Below, piece after piece: positions 27,618-37,414 of a DNA stretch of 64,000 nucleotides (position 1 is the stretch's first letter; each line of letters begins with the position of its first letter). The notes beneath the pieces were generated by a model, which was not told the origin of the DNA, did not search any database, and saw only the letters and a program-made list of their open reading frames with translations. The DNA lies in contig JAHCIT010000003.1 in NCBI GenBank assembly GCA_026129095.1, forward strand, positions 124,001 through 188,000, written 5' to 3'. Made by a program: the position numbers and the translations under genes. Source of the stretch: Deltaproteobacteria bacterium (GTDB lineage: Bacteria; JAGRBM01; JAHCIT01).

Positions 27618-28835
27618 ATGCCGAATTTTACCTGGAAGGCCAAGCGCAAGAACGGCGAAAAGATCAAGCAGGTCACCGAGGCCGCGTCTGCGGAGAAGCT
27701 GCGTGAGGTTCTGGAGGCTCAGGGCCTTACCGACATCAATATCCAGAAAAACATAGAAATTGATCTGACCAGCCTGCCGATCCTCAAGCACATTCTCGGC
27801 GGAATCGATCAGCGGACGATCGTTATCTTCACCCGGCAGTTCTCGACCATGATCGATGCCGGTCTGGCTCTGGTGCAGTGTCTGGACATTCTCATGTCGC
27901 AGCAGCCGCCGGGACCGTTCAAGAAAATCCTCACGGAGATCAAGTCCGATGTCGAATCCGGTTCGACGTTCGCTGATGCACTCCGCAAACATCCGCAGGC
28001 ATTCGACCAGTTGTATGCCAACTTGTGTGCGGCCGGCGAAGTGGGCGGTATTCTGGACACGATTCTGACGCGTCTGGCAGCCTACATGGAAAAAGCGCAG
28101 GCGCTGAGAAAGAAGGTCAAGGGCGCCATGACCTACCCGATCGGTGTGCTCACGGTCGCGATCGGCGTCGTTATCCTGCTCATGGTCAAGGTCATGCCGA
28201 CCTTTGCCAACCTGTTCAAGGGGTTCGGCAAGGAACTCCCCGCGGTCACAAAATCCGCGATTGACCTCTCCAACTGGTTCGTGGCCAACCTGTATTACAT
28301 ATTCGCAGGCATCGCTTCGCCGTTCATTATCGTGCGGGCCATGCGTTCCAATCCCCGGACATCGGAAATGCTAGATCGGGGCATGCTCAAGATTCCGCTG
28401 CTCGGTGACCTGATCAAGAAGGTCGCGGTGGCGCGATTTACGCGCACACTCTCCACGATGATTTCGTCCGGCGTCCCGATCATGGAAGCACTCGAAGTGG
28501 TCTCCAAGACCGCCGGAAACATCGCTGTCCAGAAGGAAGTCGACCTGGTCCGCGCCGGCGTGTCGGAGGGCAAGCCGCTCGCGCAACCGATGATTGGCAG
28601 CAAGATATTCCCGTCCATGGTGGTCCAGATGATCCAGGTCGGTGAGCAGACCGGCGCCATGGATACCATGCTCGGCAAGATTGCCGATTTTTACGACGAG
28701 GAAGTCGATACGGCCGTGGAGGCACTGACGTCCCTGATGGAGCCGTTCATCATCGTGGTCCTGGGCGGATTTATCGGATACATCCTGATCGCCATGTACA
28801 TGCCGGTGTTCTCGATGGGTGAAGCCGTCAATTAA
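27618..28835 (+). CDS. pilC: Type IV pilus inner-membrane platform protein (T2SS F family)
   Basis: FTRQFSTMIDAGL, AGEVGGILD..L.RLA, KVKGAMTYP, ARFTRTL, VGEQTGAMD.ML.KIADFY, LMEP, AMYMP. Confidence 0.96.
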   Translation: MPNFTWKAKRKNGEKIKQVTEAASAEKLREVLEAQGLTDINIQKNIEIDLTSLPILKHILGGIDQRTIVIFTRQFSTMIDAGLALVQCLDILMSQQPPGPFKKILTEIKSDVESGSTFADALRKHPQAFDQLYANLCAAGEVGGILDTILTRLAAYMEKAQALRKKVKGAMTYPIGVLTVAIGVVILLMVKVMPTFANLFKGFGKELPAVTKSAIDLSNWFVANLYYIFAGIASPFIIVRAMRSNPRTSEMLDRGMLKIPLLGDLIKKVAVARFTRTLSTMISSGVPIMEALEVVSKTAGNIAVQKEVDLVRAGVSEGKPLAQPMIGSKIFPSMVVQMIQVGEQTGAMDTMLGKIADFYDEEVDTAVEALTSLMEPFIIVVLGGFIGYILIAMYMPVFSMGEAVN

Positions 28836-28850
28836 CGGTCGGCAGGGCCT

Positions 28851-28860
28851 CCCCCCCCCC
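28851..28860 (+). repeat. C10 homopolymer between pilC and pilS
   Basis: GGCCT-CCCCCCCCCC-AGAGGCC read directly. Confidence 0.9.
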
Positions 28861-28876
28861 AGAGGCCTGAACCGCT

Positions 28877-30637
28877 ATGCAGGCTCCAGAACCGCTCAGG
28901 AACTCTTCGCCGGGCGGCCTTGTGTCGTCGCTGATGAGCCATCCGGGGGGACTTGCCCAGCGTCTTCCCCGGGTGATGCTTGGCCGTGTCATTCTGGCCA
29001 GCACCCTTCTCGGGGCGGCCCTGATCTATCAGTGGTTCCGCATCGAGGATGGGCCCGTGCTCCGGGTGCTGTCGCCTACCTATGGAACCATTTCATTCAT
29101 CTATGCCGCGACGGTCGTCTGGTCATTCCTTTTCCGCCGGTGGGAGGAGCGGCCGAACCGGCTGATTCTCCTCACCAAGTCCCAGCTGGTCGTGGATGTC
29201 CTGACGATTGCATTCCTGGTCGTCGTGTCGGGCGGCCCGTCAAGCGTGTTTTCCTACCTGTTCATCGTCGTGGTGATCTATGCAGGCTTCCTGCTCAGTG
29301 AGAGATGGGCCTTCTGGGCCGCCGCGATGGGAACAGCAGGCCACGCGGCGGCGGTCTTTCTGGTTTACCTCTATCCCCAGCCCATCATGCGAGAAACCCT
29401 GGGGTTCCTCTTCAAGGCGCCGGACCTGGCCGAGTGCCTGTTCAGCGTCTTCGTCCAGTCCGGCAGCCTGTTCGCGGCCGGTGCCGTCACCAGTTACATC
29501 GCCGAACGCCTGCAGCAGACAGGTGACCTGCTGGAGCGCAGCGAAGTTGACAGGCGCGAACTCGAACAGCTTCATGAGCGAATCGTTTCCAACCTGACCA
29601 GTGGCATCGTCACGACCGATTCCCGGGGCCGGGTACTCTACCTGAATGCTGCCGCCCACCAGTTTCTCCAGACGGGACACAGGGTGCTGACGGGTGCCGG
29701 AGTCCGGGAGGTGTTCCCGGCATTCGCCGAAATTGCGGAGAAGAACCCCGGCGGAATTGATCGCGTGGAGGTTCGTGTCATTGGAGATACCGGAGACAGG
29801 TATTTTGGACTCACGGTGACGCCGCTTCGCGATGAAACCGGCCGTTCCAAGGGCAACATTTTCATTTTTCAGGATCTGACGCAGCTCAAGCGTGCCGAAG
29901 AGAGGCTCCAGAAAGCCGACCGGCTGGCGGCCATCGGCGAACTCGCCGCCGGTATCGCCCACGAAATCCGGAATCCCCTCACTTCCATATCCGGGTGTGT
30001 CCAGATGCTGAGCAATGACCTGCCGCCAGATATGGCATCATCACGGCTCTTTGCCATCGTAAGCAGGGAAATTGACCGGCTGAACACGCTGATCACGGAA
30101 TTCCTGCAGTTTGCCCGTCCGAAGCCGCTGGAACCAAGCCAGATTGATGTACAGAAATGGCTGGAGGATATCGGACTGCAGTTCCGGTCGGCCGCCAGCG
30201 ATTCGGCGCGGCTGACGGTTTCTGTGGCGGCTGAGGCCGGCCAGATATCGGCAGACCGGGACATGCTGACCCAGGCGGTATGGAACCTGCTTCGAAATTC
30301 CGACCAGGCGCTGGGGACCACTCCCGGCGGCAAGATCAGATTGTCCGCATGGAAAGAATCCGGACCGAACGGCCCGCGCCTCCAGATCGAGATTGCCGAT
30401 AACGGACCGGGAATTCCGGTTGAAATGCAGGCGAGGGTGTTCGAACCCTTTTATACGACCAAGGCAGAAGGGACCGGACTCGGTCTTTCACTGGTATACA
30501 AGATTGTCGAACTGCATGGCGGCGAGGTTGACCTCAGTACCAGTCCAGCCGGTACCGTATTCAGCATCCGGATACCCGGCAGTATTCCGGCTGAAAGCAG
30601 CGGGGAACTATCGACCAGCCGTGCAGAGGCCGTGTAG
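28877..30637 (+). CDS. pilS: Sensor histidine kinase, PilS-like (start uncertain)
   Basis: About six TM helices, PAS region, H-box AHEIRNPL, N-box WNLLRNS, DNGPGI, FEPFYTTK..GTGLGL; between pilC and pilR. Confidence 0.85.
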   Translation: MQAPEPLRNSSPGGLVSSLMSHPGGLAQRLPRVMLGRVILASTLLGAALIYQWFRIEDGPVLRVLSPTYGTISFIYAATVVWSFLFRRWEERPNRLILLTKSQLVVDVLTIAFLVVVSGGPSSVFSYLFIVVVIYAGFLLSERWAFWAAAMGTAGHAAAVFLVYLYPQPIMRETLGFLFKAPDLAECLFSVFVQSGSLFAAGAVTSYIAERLQQTGDLLERSEVDRRELEQLHERIVSNLTSGIVTTDSRGRVLYLNAAAHQFLQTGHRVLTGAGVREVFPAFAEIAEKNPGGIDRVEVRVIGDTGDRYFGLTVTPLRDETGRSKGNIFIFQDLTQLKRAEERLQKADRLAAIGELAAGIAHEIRNPLTSISGCVQMLSNDLPPDMASSRLFAIVSREIDRLNTLITEFLQFARPKPLEPSQIDVQKWLEDIGLQFRSAASDSARLTVSVAAEAGQISADRDMLTQAVWNLLRNSDQALGTTPGGKIRLSAWKESGPNGPRLQIEIADNGPGIPVEMQARVFEPFYTTKAEGTGLGLSLVYKIVELHGGEVDLSTSPAGTVFSIRIPGSIPAESSGELSTSRAEAV

Positions 30638-30649
30638 GCTGTTGTCGGA

Positions 30650-32092
30650 ATGGCTTCAGTCCTGGTAGTCGATGATGAATCCTCGGTCCGGGAGATGCTT
30701 GGCATCCTTCTGGAAAAGGAAGGACACCTCGTCAGCTCCGCTTCCGGTGTACGGGAAGCTACCGCACTGTTGAAACACGATCCCTTTGATGCGGTACTTT
30801 CCGATATCCGGATGCCGGATGGTTCGGGCATTGACGTGCTTCGTGCTGCCAGGGAAACCGACCCGGACACCATTGTCATTCTCCTGACCGCATTCGCCAC
30901 GACCGATACGGCCGTCGAGGCCATGAAGCTGGGGGCCTACGACTACATCACGAAGCCGTTCAATGTGGACGACCTCAAGGCAAAGGTCAGGAAGGGTCTG
31001 GAAACCAAGCAGCTTCGTGCTGAAAACCGGGGGTTGCGGCAGGCCATCGAGGGGCGGTATGGCTTTCGGGGCATCGTCGGTTCATCGCCGCGGCTCCAGC
31101 AGGTTTACGAGGTTATCGAACGGGTCAAGGATACCCGCGCAAACGTCCTGATCACCGGGGAATCCGGAACCGGGAAGGAAGTCGTTGCAAGGGCGATCCA
31201 TTTCGCATCCAAGCGTGCCGTCCGGCCTTTCGTGGCTGTGAACTGCGGTGCCATCCCCAAGGATCTCATCGAAAGCGAGCTGTTCGGACACACCAAAGGT
31301 GCGTTTACCGGCGCCGTGGCAGAAAAGGCCGGGTTATTTGAGCAGGCCGAGGGCGGGACGCTTTTCCTGGACGAAATTGGCGAACTCCCGCTGGATCTCC
31401 AGGTCAAGCTGCTGAGGGTAATCCAGGACCGGACGTTCCGGCGTGTCGGGGGACAGAATGACATTCAGGTCGATGTCCGGATCATTGCCGCGACAAACCG
31501 CGACCTTGCCCGGCAGGTTGCGGACAAGACATTCCGTGAAGACCTTTTCTACAGGCTGAATGTCGTGGGGGTCGAACTGCCCCCGCTGCGCGAACGGCGC
31601 GAGGATATTCCGCTGCTGGCCCTGCACTTTCTGCACAAGTTCACCCAGGAAACTGGCCGCCGGATTACTACGATTTCGCGGGAAGCGATGTCGGTTCTGG
31701 AGACAATGCCTTATCCCGGCAACGTGCGGGAACTGGAGAACATCATCGAGCGTGCGGTTGCACTGGAAAGCGCCGATGTCATTACTCCCGCGTCGCTTCC
31801 GGCCAGAAGCGGGGAGAAGACGGAGGGGGCAATTCGCCATCCGGCCGGTGCTGCTGGAGAAGGGCGTCCCGCTGTCGGGATTTTTCCCCTTCGGGGCGTA
31901 CCGCTGCCAGTAGCCGATTTCGATATCCCGGCCGAGGGCCTATGTCTTGAGGATTACATCGGGGAGATCGAGCGGCGGGCGATCATGAAGGCACTGGATC
32001 GAACTGGTGGCGCCAAGAAAGAAGCGGCCGACCTTTTGGGCCTGACGTTCCGTGCATTCCGTTACCGGTGCGAGAAATACCGGATCGACTGA
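30650..32092 (+). CDS. pilR: Sigma54-dependent response regulator, PilR-like
   Basis: Receiver VLVVDDE/DIRMP; GESGTGKE, ESELFGH, GAFTGA, LFLDEIGE, YPGNVREL; Fis HTH. Confidence 0.88.
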   Translation: MASVLVVDDESSVREMLGILLEKEGHLVSSASGVREATALLKHDPFDAVLSDIRMPDGSGIDVLRAARETDPDTIVILLTAFATTDTAVEAMKLGAYDYITKPFNVDDLKAKVRKGLETKQLRAENRGLRQAIEGRYGFRGIVGSSPRLQQVYEVIERVKDTRANVLITGESGTGKEVVARAIHFASKRAVRPFVAVNCGAIPKDLIESELFGHTKGAFTGAVAEKAGLFEQAEGGTLFLDEIGELPLDLQVKLLRVIQDRTFRRVGGQNDIQVDVRIIAATNRDLARQVADKTFREDLFYRLNVVGVELPPLRERREDIPLLALHFLHKFTQETGRRITTISREAMSVLETMPYPGNVRELENIIERAVALESADVITPASLPARSGEKTEGAIRHPAGAAGEGRPAVGIFPLRGVPLPVADFDIPAEGLCLEDYIGEIERRAIMKALDRTGGAKKEAADLLGLTFRAFRYRCEKYRID

Positions 32093-32107
32093 TCCGGCAG
32101 GTTCGTA

Positions 32108-32338
32108 TCAGGCTTTGTCCCGGGGTTCTGGCCTGGATTGGGATTTGTCCGTCTCGCTGCTGTCGCCAAGCTTTTTCGATTCTGGCGTTACGTCTATTTC
32201 ATCCGGACGGTTCAGTTCTTTCTTGAAGTTCTTGAGGCCCTTGCCGAGGCCGCTCATGAGCTCCGGCAGCTTGCGGCCGCCGAACAACACCAGCACGATG
32301 AGGAGAATAATCAGCCATTCGGTAACGCCGATTCCCAT
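32108..32338 (-). CDS. tatA: Twin-arginine translocase TatA/TatE subunit
   Basis: [45 protein letters not shown]. Confidence 0.93.
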   Translation of the reverse strand: MGIGVTEWLIILLIVLVLFGGRKLPELMSGLGKGLKNFKKELNRPDEIDVTPESKKLGDSSETDKSQSRPEPRDKA

Positions 32339-32444
32339 GTCAGTCACTCCACCGTTCGTCCGCTATCCATACGCGGACACGCTTCATAGGTAACATGCCC
32401 GGACCGAAAAGACGAACCAGGTAGGGGGCGGTTAATCCCGGGTT

Positions 32445-33620
32445 TCAGGTATGGGCGGTCTGGGGAACCGCGCAGGTGATATCCATGTCCACCGGCCGGG
32501 TGATGGTCGGGTGCTGGCCGCAAACCCGGCATTCAGGATCGCGGCGTATCTTCATTTCGCGGAACTTCATGGCGAGCGCATCGTAGGTGAGCAGCCGGTT
32601 CACCAGTAACCCGCCGGTGCCGAGAATGATCTTGACGGCCTCGGTTGCCTGAATGAGTCCCATCACGCCGGGCAGGACGCCCAGCACTCCCGCTTCCTGG
32701 CAGGACGGCGCCAGTTCTGGGGGTGTGGGATCGGGATACAGGCACCGGTAGCACGGGCCGTCGTGGGGGAGCAGGGTGGTCGCCTGTCCCTCGAACCGGT
32801 AAATCGACGCGTAGACATTCGGCTTGTTCAGAAGTACGCAGGCGTCATTGACGAGATAGCGGGTTCCGAAGTTGTCGCAGCCATCAACCACCACGTCGTA
32901 GTCCTTGACGATTTCCATAACGTTTTCGGCGGTGATTCGCATTTTGTACGGAACTACCCGGATATCGGGGTTCAGGCCGTGGATGGTCTCCATGGCGCTC
33001 TCGACCTTGGGCATCCCGACCCGCTCGGAGGTATGCAGGATCTGGCGCTGGAGGTTGGACACATCCACGACATCGTCATCGACGATCCCGATCGTCCCGA
33101 CACCGGCCGCCGCGAGATAGTAGGCGGAAGGGGAGCCCAGCCCGCCGGCTCCGATCAGCAGGACCTTCGCCTCCAGCAACTTCATTTGCCCTTCGATGCC
33201 GACTTCAGGGATCAGCACATGCCGGGAGTACCGCTTCATCTGGTCGGCAGAAAGGGTCCGGGGAACCTGAACGGGATATCCCTTGTCCTTCCACGCCTTG
33301 AAGCCTCCGGCGACGGAAAAGACATTCTCGTATCCCATTTCCTTGAGCGCCCGTGCGGCAAATGCCGACCGGGCGCCGCCGGCGCACATCAGGTAAACAG
33401 GAACCTTCCGGTCGCTCACGGCGTCCTCTATCCGCAGTTCAAGAAATCCGCGGGGAATGAACCGGGCACCCGGAACGTGCCCCTGCTCGAACTCGTCAGC
33501 TTCCCGAACGTCAATCAGGGCGGGTGTATTGGGCCCGCCTATCGCACGCTTAAGGTCGTCAACAGTGGCTTCCCGGATCTGGGATTTGATCTGCTTCAGA
33601 TAGTCCTGGGAGGAGGGCAT
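32445..33620 (-). CDS. moeB: Rhodanese + ThiF/MoeB adenylyltransferase (MoeZ-like, rhodanese at N-terminus)
   Basis: IDVRE..EFEQGHVPGA, CAGGARS; RYSRH, IGAGGLGSP, SNLQRQ, GCDNFGTRY, CYRCLYP, C-terminal CxxC. Confidence 0.92.
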   Translation of the reverse strand: MPSSQDYLKQIKSQIREATVDDLKRAIGGPNTPALIDVREADEFEQGHVPGARFIPRGFLELRIEDAVSDRKVPVYLMCAGGARSAFAARALKEMGYENVFSVAGGFKAWKDKGYPVQVPRTLSADQMKRYSRHVLIPEVGIEGQMKLLEAKVLLIGAGGLGSPSAYYLAAAGVGTIGIVDDDVVDVSNLQRQILHTSERVGMPKVESAMETIHGLNPDIRVVPYKMRITAENVMEIVKDYDVVVDGCDNFGTRYLVNDACVLLNKPNVYASIYRFEGQATTLLPHDGPCYRCLYPDPTPPELAPSCQEAGVLGVLPGVMGLIQATEAVKIILGTGGLLVNRLLTYDALAMKFREMKIRRDPECRVCGQHPTITRPVDMDITCAVPQTAHT

Positions 33621-33820
33621 TTTCGCAGGTGCTCCAGTCGGCCCGCCCATACACCATGCCTGGGCAGCAGGCCGCAAGGGCCGCACTATAGGTCCGGCTC
33701 TATCATCTGAAAAGGGCTGTCTCCGGCGGGCTCCCGCTTGCTTAACTGCCTGGATTAGCTATCAATTGCCCGGTCACTGGAGAGTCCGTCAGGGGCCGTT
33801 CCGGAAAAGGAAATAGCGAA

Positions 33821-34054
33821 ATGGCAGGCGTTGGGGACACGATTGACGAAGTGAATGTTATCGAGAAGGGCCGCCGGGGGCTGGTGGAGGAAGTCGCTTC
33901 GTGGAATCCCTACCAAGGGTTCAGGTCGTACTACCGGGTCAAGCTGCATGGCCGGGCGGCGCGTACATTCATTACCCCCGAGGAAGCGCTCGATTACTAT
34001 TTCCTCAATGCCGGCGAATTTGATGCAGGTGAGCAGATTCAGGGCGTCCGCTGA
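33821..34054 (+). CDS. Small hypothetical protein (77 aa)
   Basis: AAGGAA SD before ATG; fills an intergenic gap; protein-like composition. Confidence 0.6.
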   Translation: MAGVGDTIDEVNVIEKGRRGLVEEVASWNPYQGFRSYYRVKLHGRAARTFITPEEALDYYFLNAGEFDAGEQIQGVR

Positions 34055-34228
34055 TCCCTAGGCCGTTCTTGCCGCCAGCCTCCGGGCTATTCTATAGGTG
34101 ATGGATGGTCAGGTGAGGCCGCCAGGTCCGGATACGGGGTTCCCTTCCGTTTTTCATGGATAACAGGCACAGTCTCCCTACGCGGAGATTGCAGCCGCTC
34201 CTGCGGCTGGAAGATGGAGTGATTGTTC

Positions 34229-35410
34229 ATGCCGGAATTTGAGTTGGCCAGACGAATCAAGGATCTGCCGCCTTACCTGTTCGCCGGGATCGACAGGAAG
34301 ATCGCCGAGGCAAAGAAGCGGGGCGTGGATATCATCAGCCTCGGCATTGGTGATCCAGACCAACCCACCCCGAAATTCATTATCAAGGCACTGGCCGAAG
34401 CAGCCAAAGACCCGTCAACCCATCAGTATCCTTCTTACCAGGGCTCGATGGATTTCCGGGAGGCCGCGGGCGAGTTCATGGCTCGCCGGTTTGGTGCGGC
34501 GCTGGATCCGGCCACTGAGATCATCACGCTGATCGGCTCCAAGGAAGGCATTGCGCACTTCCCCCTTGCATTCATCAACCCGGGTGATCTGGCGATCTGC
34601 TGTTCGCCCGGATATCCGGTTGGCAAGACGGCCGTTGGGTTCGCGGGCGGTGAAGTCTACGAAGCCAAGCTGACCAAGTCGGGGAAATGGCTGCCCGATC
34701 TGCGCAAGATACCCGATGATGTCGCCCACCGGGCCAAGCTGATCTACCTGTGTTACCCGTCCAACCCGACGGGCGCCACGGCAACGTCCGAGTTTTTCTC
34801 GGAACTGGTTTCCTGGGCCCACAAGACCCGCACAATCATCATGACGGACTGTGCCTACTCGGAAATATATTACGACGAAGCCGAGAAACCGCTCTCCATT
34901 TTCGAAACTCCGGGCGCGAAAGACGTTGCGATCGAGTTCCATTCCCTTTCGAAGACCTTCAACATGACTGGCTGGAGGATTGGCTGGGCCGCCGGGAACG
35001 ACCAGCTCATCGCGGGTCTTGGCAAGGTGAAAACGAATGTTGATTCTGGCGCCTTCAATGCCATCCAGCGGGCCGGGGCGATTGCGCTCCGCTCGGACTT
35101 CAAGTCGGTCGAGAAAATGCGCCGGATCTACAAGCGCCGCCGGTCGCTGGCCATGCAGGGAATCAAGCAGATCGGTGCGAAGGCCGCCAAGCCGAAGGCC
35201 GGTTTCTTCGTCTGGGCGGAGATTCCCGAAGGGTTTGATAGCGATGCGGCGTTTGCCGACTTCTGTATCGAGAAGGCCGGTGTCGTGGTAACGCCCGGTT
35301 CCGGCTTTGGAGAGGCGGGCACCGGGTACTTCCGGATTGCCCTCACGGTTGATCTGGATCGTATGGAAACCGCCTTCAGCCGGATCGAGAAGGCACTGGC
35401 CTCGCGCTAG
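34229..35410 (+). CDS. dapL: LL-diaminopimelate aminotransferase
   Basis: LPPYLFA, ISLGIGDPD, LIGSKEGIAH, YPSNPT, EFHSLSKTFNMTGWRIG (PLP Lys), KTNVDSG. Confidence 0.9.
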   Translation: MPEFELARRIKDLPPYLFAGIDRKIAEAKKRGVDIISLGIGDPDQPTPKFIIKALAEAAKDPSTHQYPSYQGSMDFREAAGEFMARRFGAALDPATEIITLIGSKEGIAHFPLAFINPGDLAICCSPGYPVGKTAVGFAGGEVYEAKLTKSGKWLPDLRKIPDDVAHRAKLIYLCYPSNPTGATATSEFFSELVSWAHKTRTIIMTDCAYSEIYYDEAEKPLSIFETPGAKDVAIEFHSLSKTFNMTGWRIGWAAGNDQLIAGLGKVKTNVDSGAFNAIQRAGAIALRSDFKSVEKMRRIYKRRRSLAMQGIKQIGAKAAKPKAGFFVWAEIPEGFDSDAAFADFCIEKAGVVVTPGSGFGEAGTGYFRIALTVDLDRMETAFSRIEKALASR

Positions 35411-35434
35411 TCCGGACTACAGGGATTTTTCGGG

Positions 35435-35953
35435 ATGGCCTCACGTGTAGTGCTGGGGCTGGGTTCCAACCTTGGCGACCGGGTTGGTAACCTCCGCCGT
35501 GCTGTTTCCGGCCTGATCGAGCGTACTGGCGCAGGACTTGAAGCCGAAAGCCGCCTCTATGCCAGCCCAGCCTGGGGCATGAAACCGGGCTCTCCGGATT
35601 TCATCAACGCCGCAATCCTTGTCACGACATCCATGGGGCCGGAAGAACTGCTGGGCGTTGTCCACGATGTTGAGAAATCCCTTGGGCGTGATCGGGCGGA
35701 TAGCCACGGGAGAGTGGATGGCCAGTATGCCGACCGCACCATCGATATTGATATCCTCGCCTGGGATGACCGTGTGATCAATCTGCCGGGACTGCGGGTG
35801 CCGCATCCGGGGCTCGCCGGGCGGCGCTGGGCATTGGAACCGTTCCTGGATGTCTGGCAAGACTGGGTACATCCCGAAACCGGGCTGGAGCTTGCGGAGA
35901 TGCTCAGGGCCTGTCGCGAAACCTGCGCGGAACCGCTGGAAGAAAGGCTCTAG
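35435..35953 (+). CDS. folK: 2-amino-4-hydroxy-6-hydroxymethyldihydropteridine diphosphokinase
   Basis: LGLGSNLGDR, FINAA, RTIDIDIL, L.VPHP...R.WAL.P. Confidence 0.95.
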   Translation: MASRVVLGLGSNLGDRVGNLRRAVSGLIERTGAGLEAESRLYASPAWGMKPGSPDFINAAILVTTSMGPEELLGVVHDVEKSLGRDRADSHGRVDGQYADRTIDIDILAWDDRVINLPGLRVPHPGLAGRRWALEPFLDVWQDWVHPETGLELAEMLRACRETCAEPLEERL

Positions 35954-35998
35954 AGCCAGCCGGCTGATCTGTGATACGATCTGCCGCGAAGGTGAAAC

Positions 35999-36580
35999 AT
36001 GGCAGACGGCAGGCTTGAAATCGGAAAGATGGTGAATGCCTCGTTCGAGGTGTACAAGGACAATTTCTTCGCGCTGTTTTTTGCCGGACTCATTGCGACG
36101 GTCATGACGCTGACCATCATCCTGCTGCCACCCGCTGCTATCGGGATGTTCAGGCTGAGTATCCGGGCACTTCGTGGCGAGAATGTTGAAGTCGGCGATC
36201 TGTTCCAGGGATTTTCGGGCTTCCTGACCGGCTGGGGAATAGTCATCCTGAGTTCGATGGGAATTGCTATCGGCCTGATACTGCTGGTCGTTCCGGGAAT
36301 ATATCTTTCAATAGTATGGTGTCTTGCATTTCTGGTGCTGGCAGATGATCCCCACGTCGGCGCGATGGGCGCACTCGGCCGGAGCCGCGAACTGATCAAG
36401 GGATACTTCTGGTCTGTATCCATGGCCCTGGGCACACTATTCCTGATTCTGTTTGCAGCGAGCCTGATTCCGATCGGCAGTTTGCTGGCAGGACCGTTCT
36501 GCTATGCTGGAATGGCCTATATCTATCTCAAGCTGAAGGGCCCGGTTGCAACGGCACCAGCCAGCCTGACGCCAGCCTGA
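35999..36580 (+). CDS. Integral membrane protein of unknown function
   Basis: Four to five hydrophobic segments; GLILLVVPGIY and AL..S.EL.KG patterns seen in DUF975-like proteins. Confidence 0.75.
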   Translation: MADGRLEIGKMVNASFEVYKDNFFALFFAGLIATVMTLTIILLPPAAIGMFRLSIRALRGENVEVGDLFQGFSGFLTGWGIVILSSMGIAIGLILLVVPGIYLSIVWCLAFLVLADDPHVGAMGALGRSRELIKGYFWSVSMALGTLFLILFAASLIPIGSLLAGPFCYAGMAYIYLKLKGPVATAPASLTPA

Positions 36581-36602
36581 TAACTGCGGGATATCCGGAT
36601 AA

Positions 36603-37211
36603 TCAGCCCAGCTTGCCGAGCTTGTCTTCGAGCTGGGCAAGGCGCTCACGGAGCGAGCGAATCTCGTTCTCGATGCTTTCGCGGTCGTTAGCTCCACTGT
36701 CTTGGTCCTGCTGGACCCTGTCGATCCAGTAGCGAATTCGTTCGTCAAGTGATTTCTGGAAGGTTTCGAGATTGCGCTGGCGGGTTGAGAGGAACTCGCT
36801 AACGAGTCCCTTCATGTCTTCCAGCTTGACGTCGCTGCGGGTGAATACCTTCTGGAGCTGCTTTTCGGTTTCGTCCCGGACCTGGTTGATCTGGTCCTGG
36901 GCTTCGGTGAGGCCGCGCTGCACGAGATCCTGCCCGTCCTGAATCAGCTTGCGGAGCAGGTTCAGGCCCAGAATGCTCTTCTTTTTCTTTTCTTCTTCAA
37001 AAAGGACCTGTGCGAGCGTTACCGATGTGATGTCCTCACTCGTCTTGTTATCGATGATCCGTACATCGACGCCAGCCTTTACCATGGCGGCGATCTCTTC
37101 GAGAGTCACATAACAGCTCTGTTCGGTATCGTAGAGCTTGCGATTCGGGTACCGCTTGATGACCCGCTGCCGGGTTTCGGTGGCTTCTGCCGCTGGTTTT
37201 GCTTCGTTCAT
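36603..37211 (-). CDS. PhaR-like polyhydroxyalkanoate-synthesis regulator (DNA-binding domain plus coiled coil)
   Basis: RVIKRYPNRKLYDTEQSCYVTL..I..MV..G......DNKT.EDIT...L.Q. Confidence 0.85.
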   Translation of the reverse strand: MNEAKPAAEATETRQRVIKRYPNRKLYDTEQSCYVTLEEIAAMVKAGVDVRIIDNKTSEDITSVTLAQVLFEEEKKKKSILGLNLLRKLIQDGQDLVQRGLTEAQDQINQVRDETEKQLQKVFTRSDVKLEDMKGLVSEFLSTRQRNLETFQKSLDERIRYWIDRVQQDQDSGANDRESIENEIRSLRERLAQLEDKLGKLG

Positions 37212-37405
37212 TATGTTCGGGCCTTTATAGTGGGAATCGGGTTCACCAAAAGCACCGCCGAAAACTGGCGGCCACAACAACAAGTCTAATGCATCGGAAG
37301 GCTGTTCCGAAACCCCGTTTGATTCTCGGGGCTTCCGGTATCCCGGTCGCCGACGGTATTTACACCTGTTTATCCGGACCAATCCACCCTAGTGGACAGG
37401 ACTAT

Positions 37406-37414
37406 TGTGGATAA
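37406..37414 (-). promoter_or_regulatory. Perfect DnaA box
   Basis: TGTGGATAA on + equals TTATCCACA on -; overlaps the -10 region of a candidate minus-strand promoter (TTGACG -35). Confidence 0.55.
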
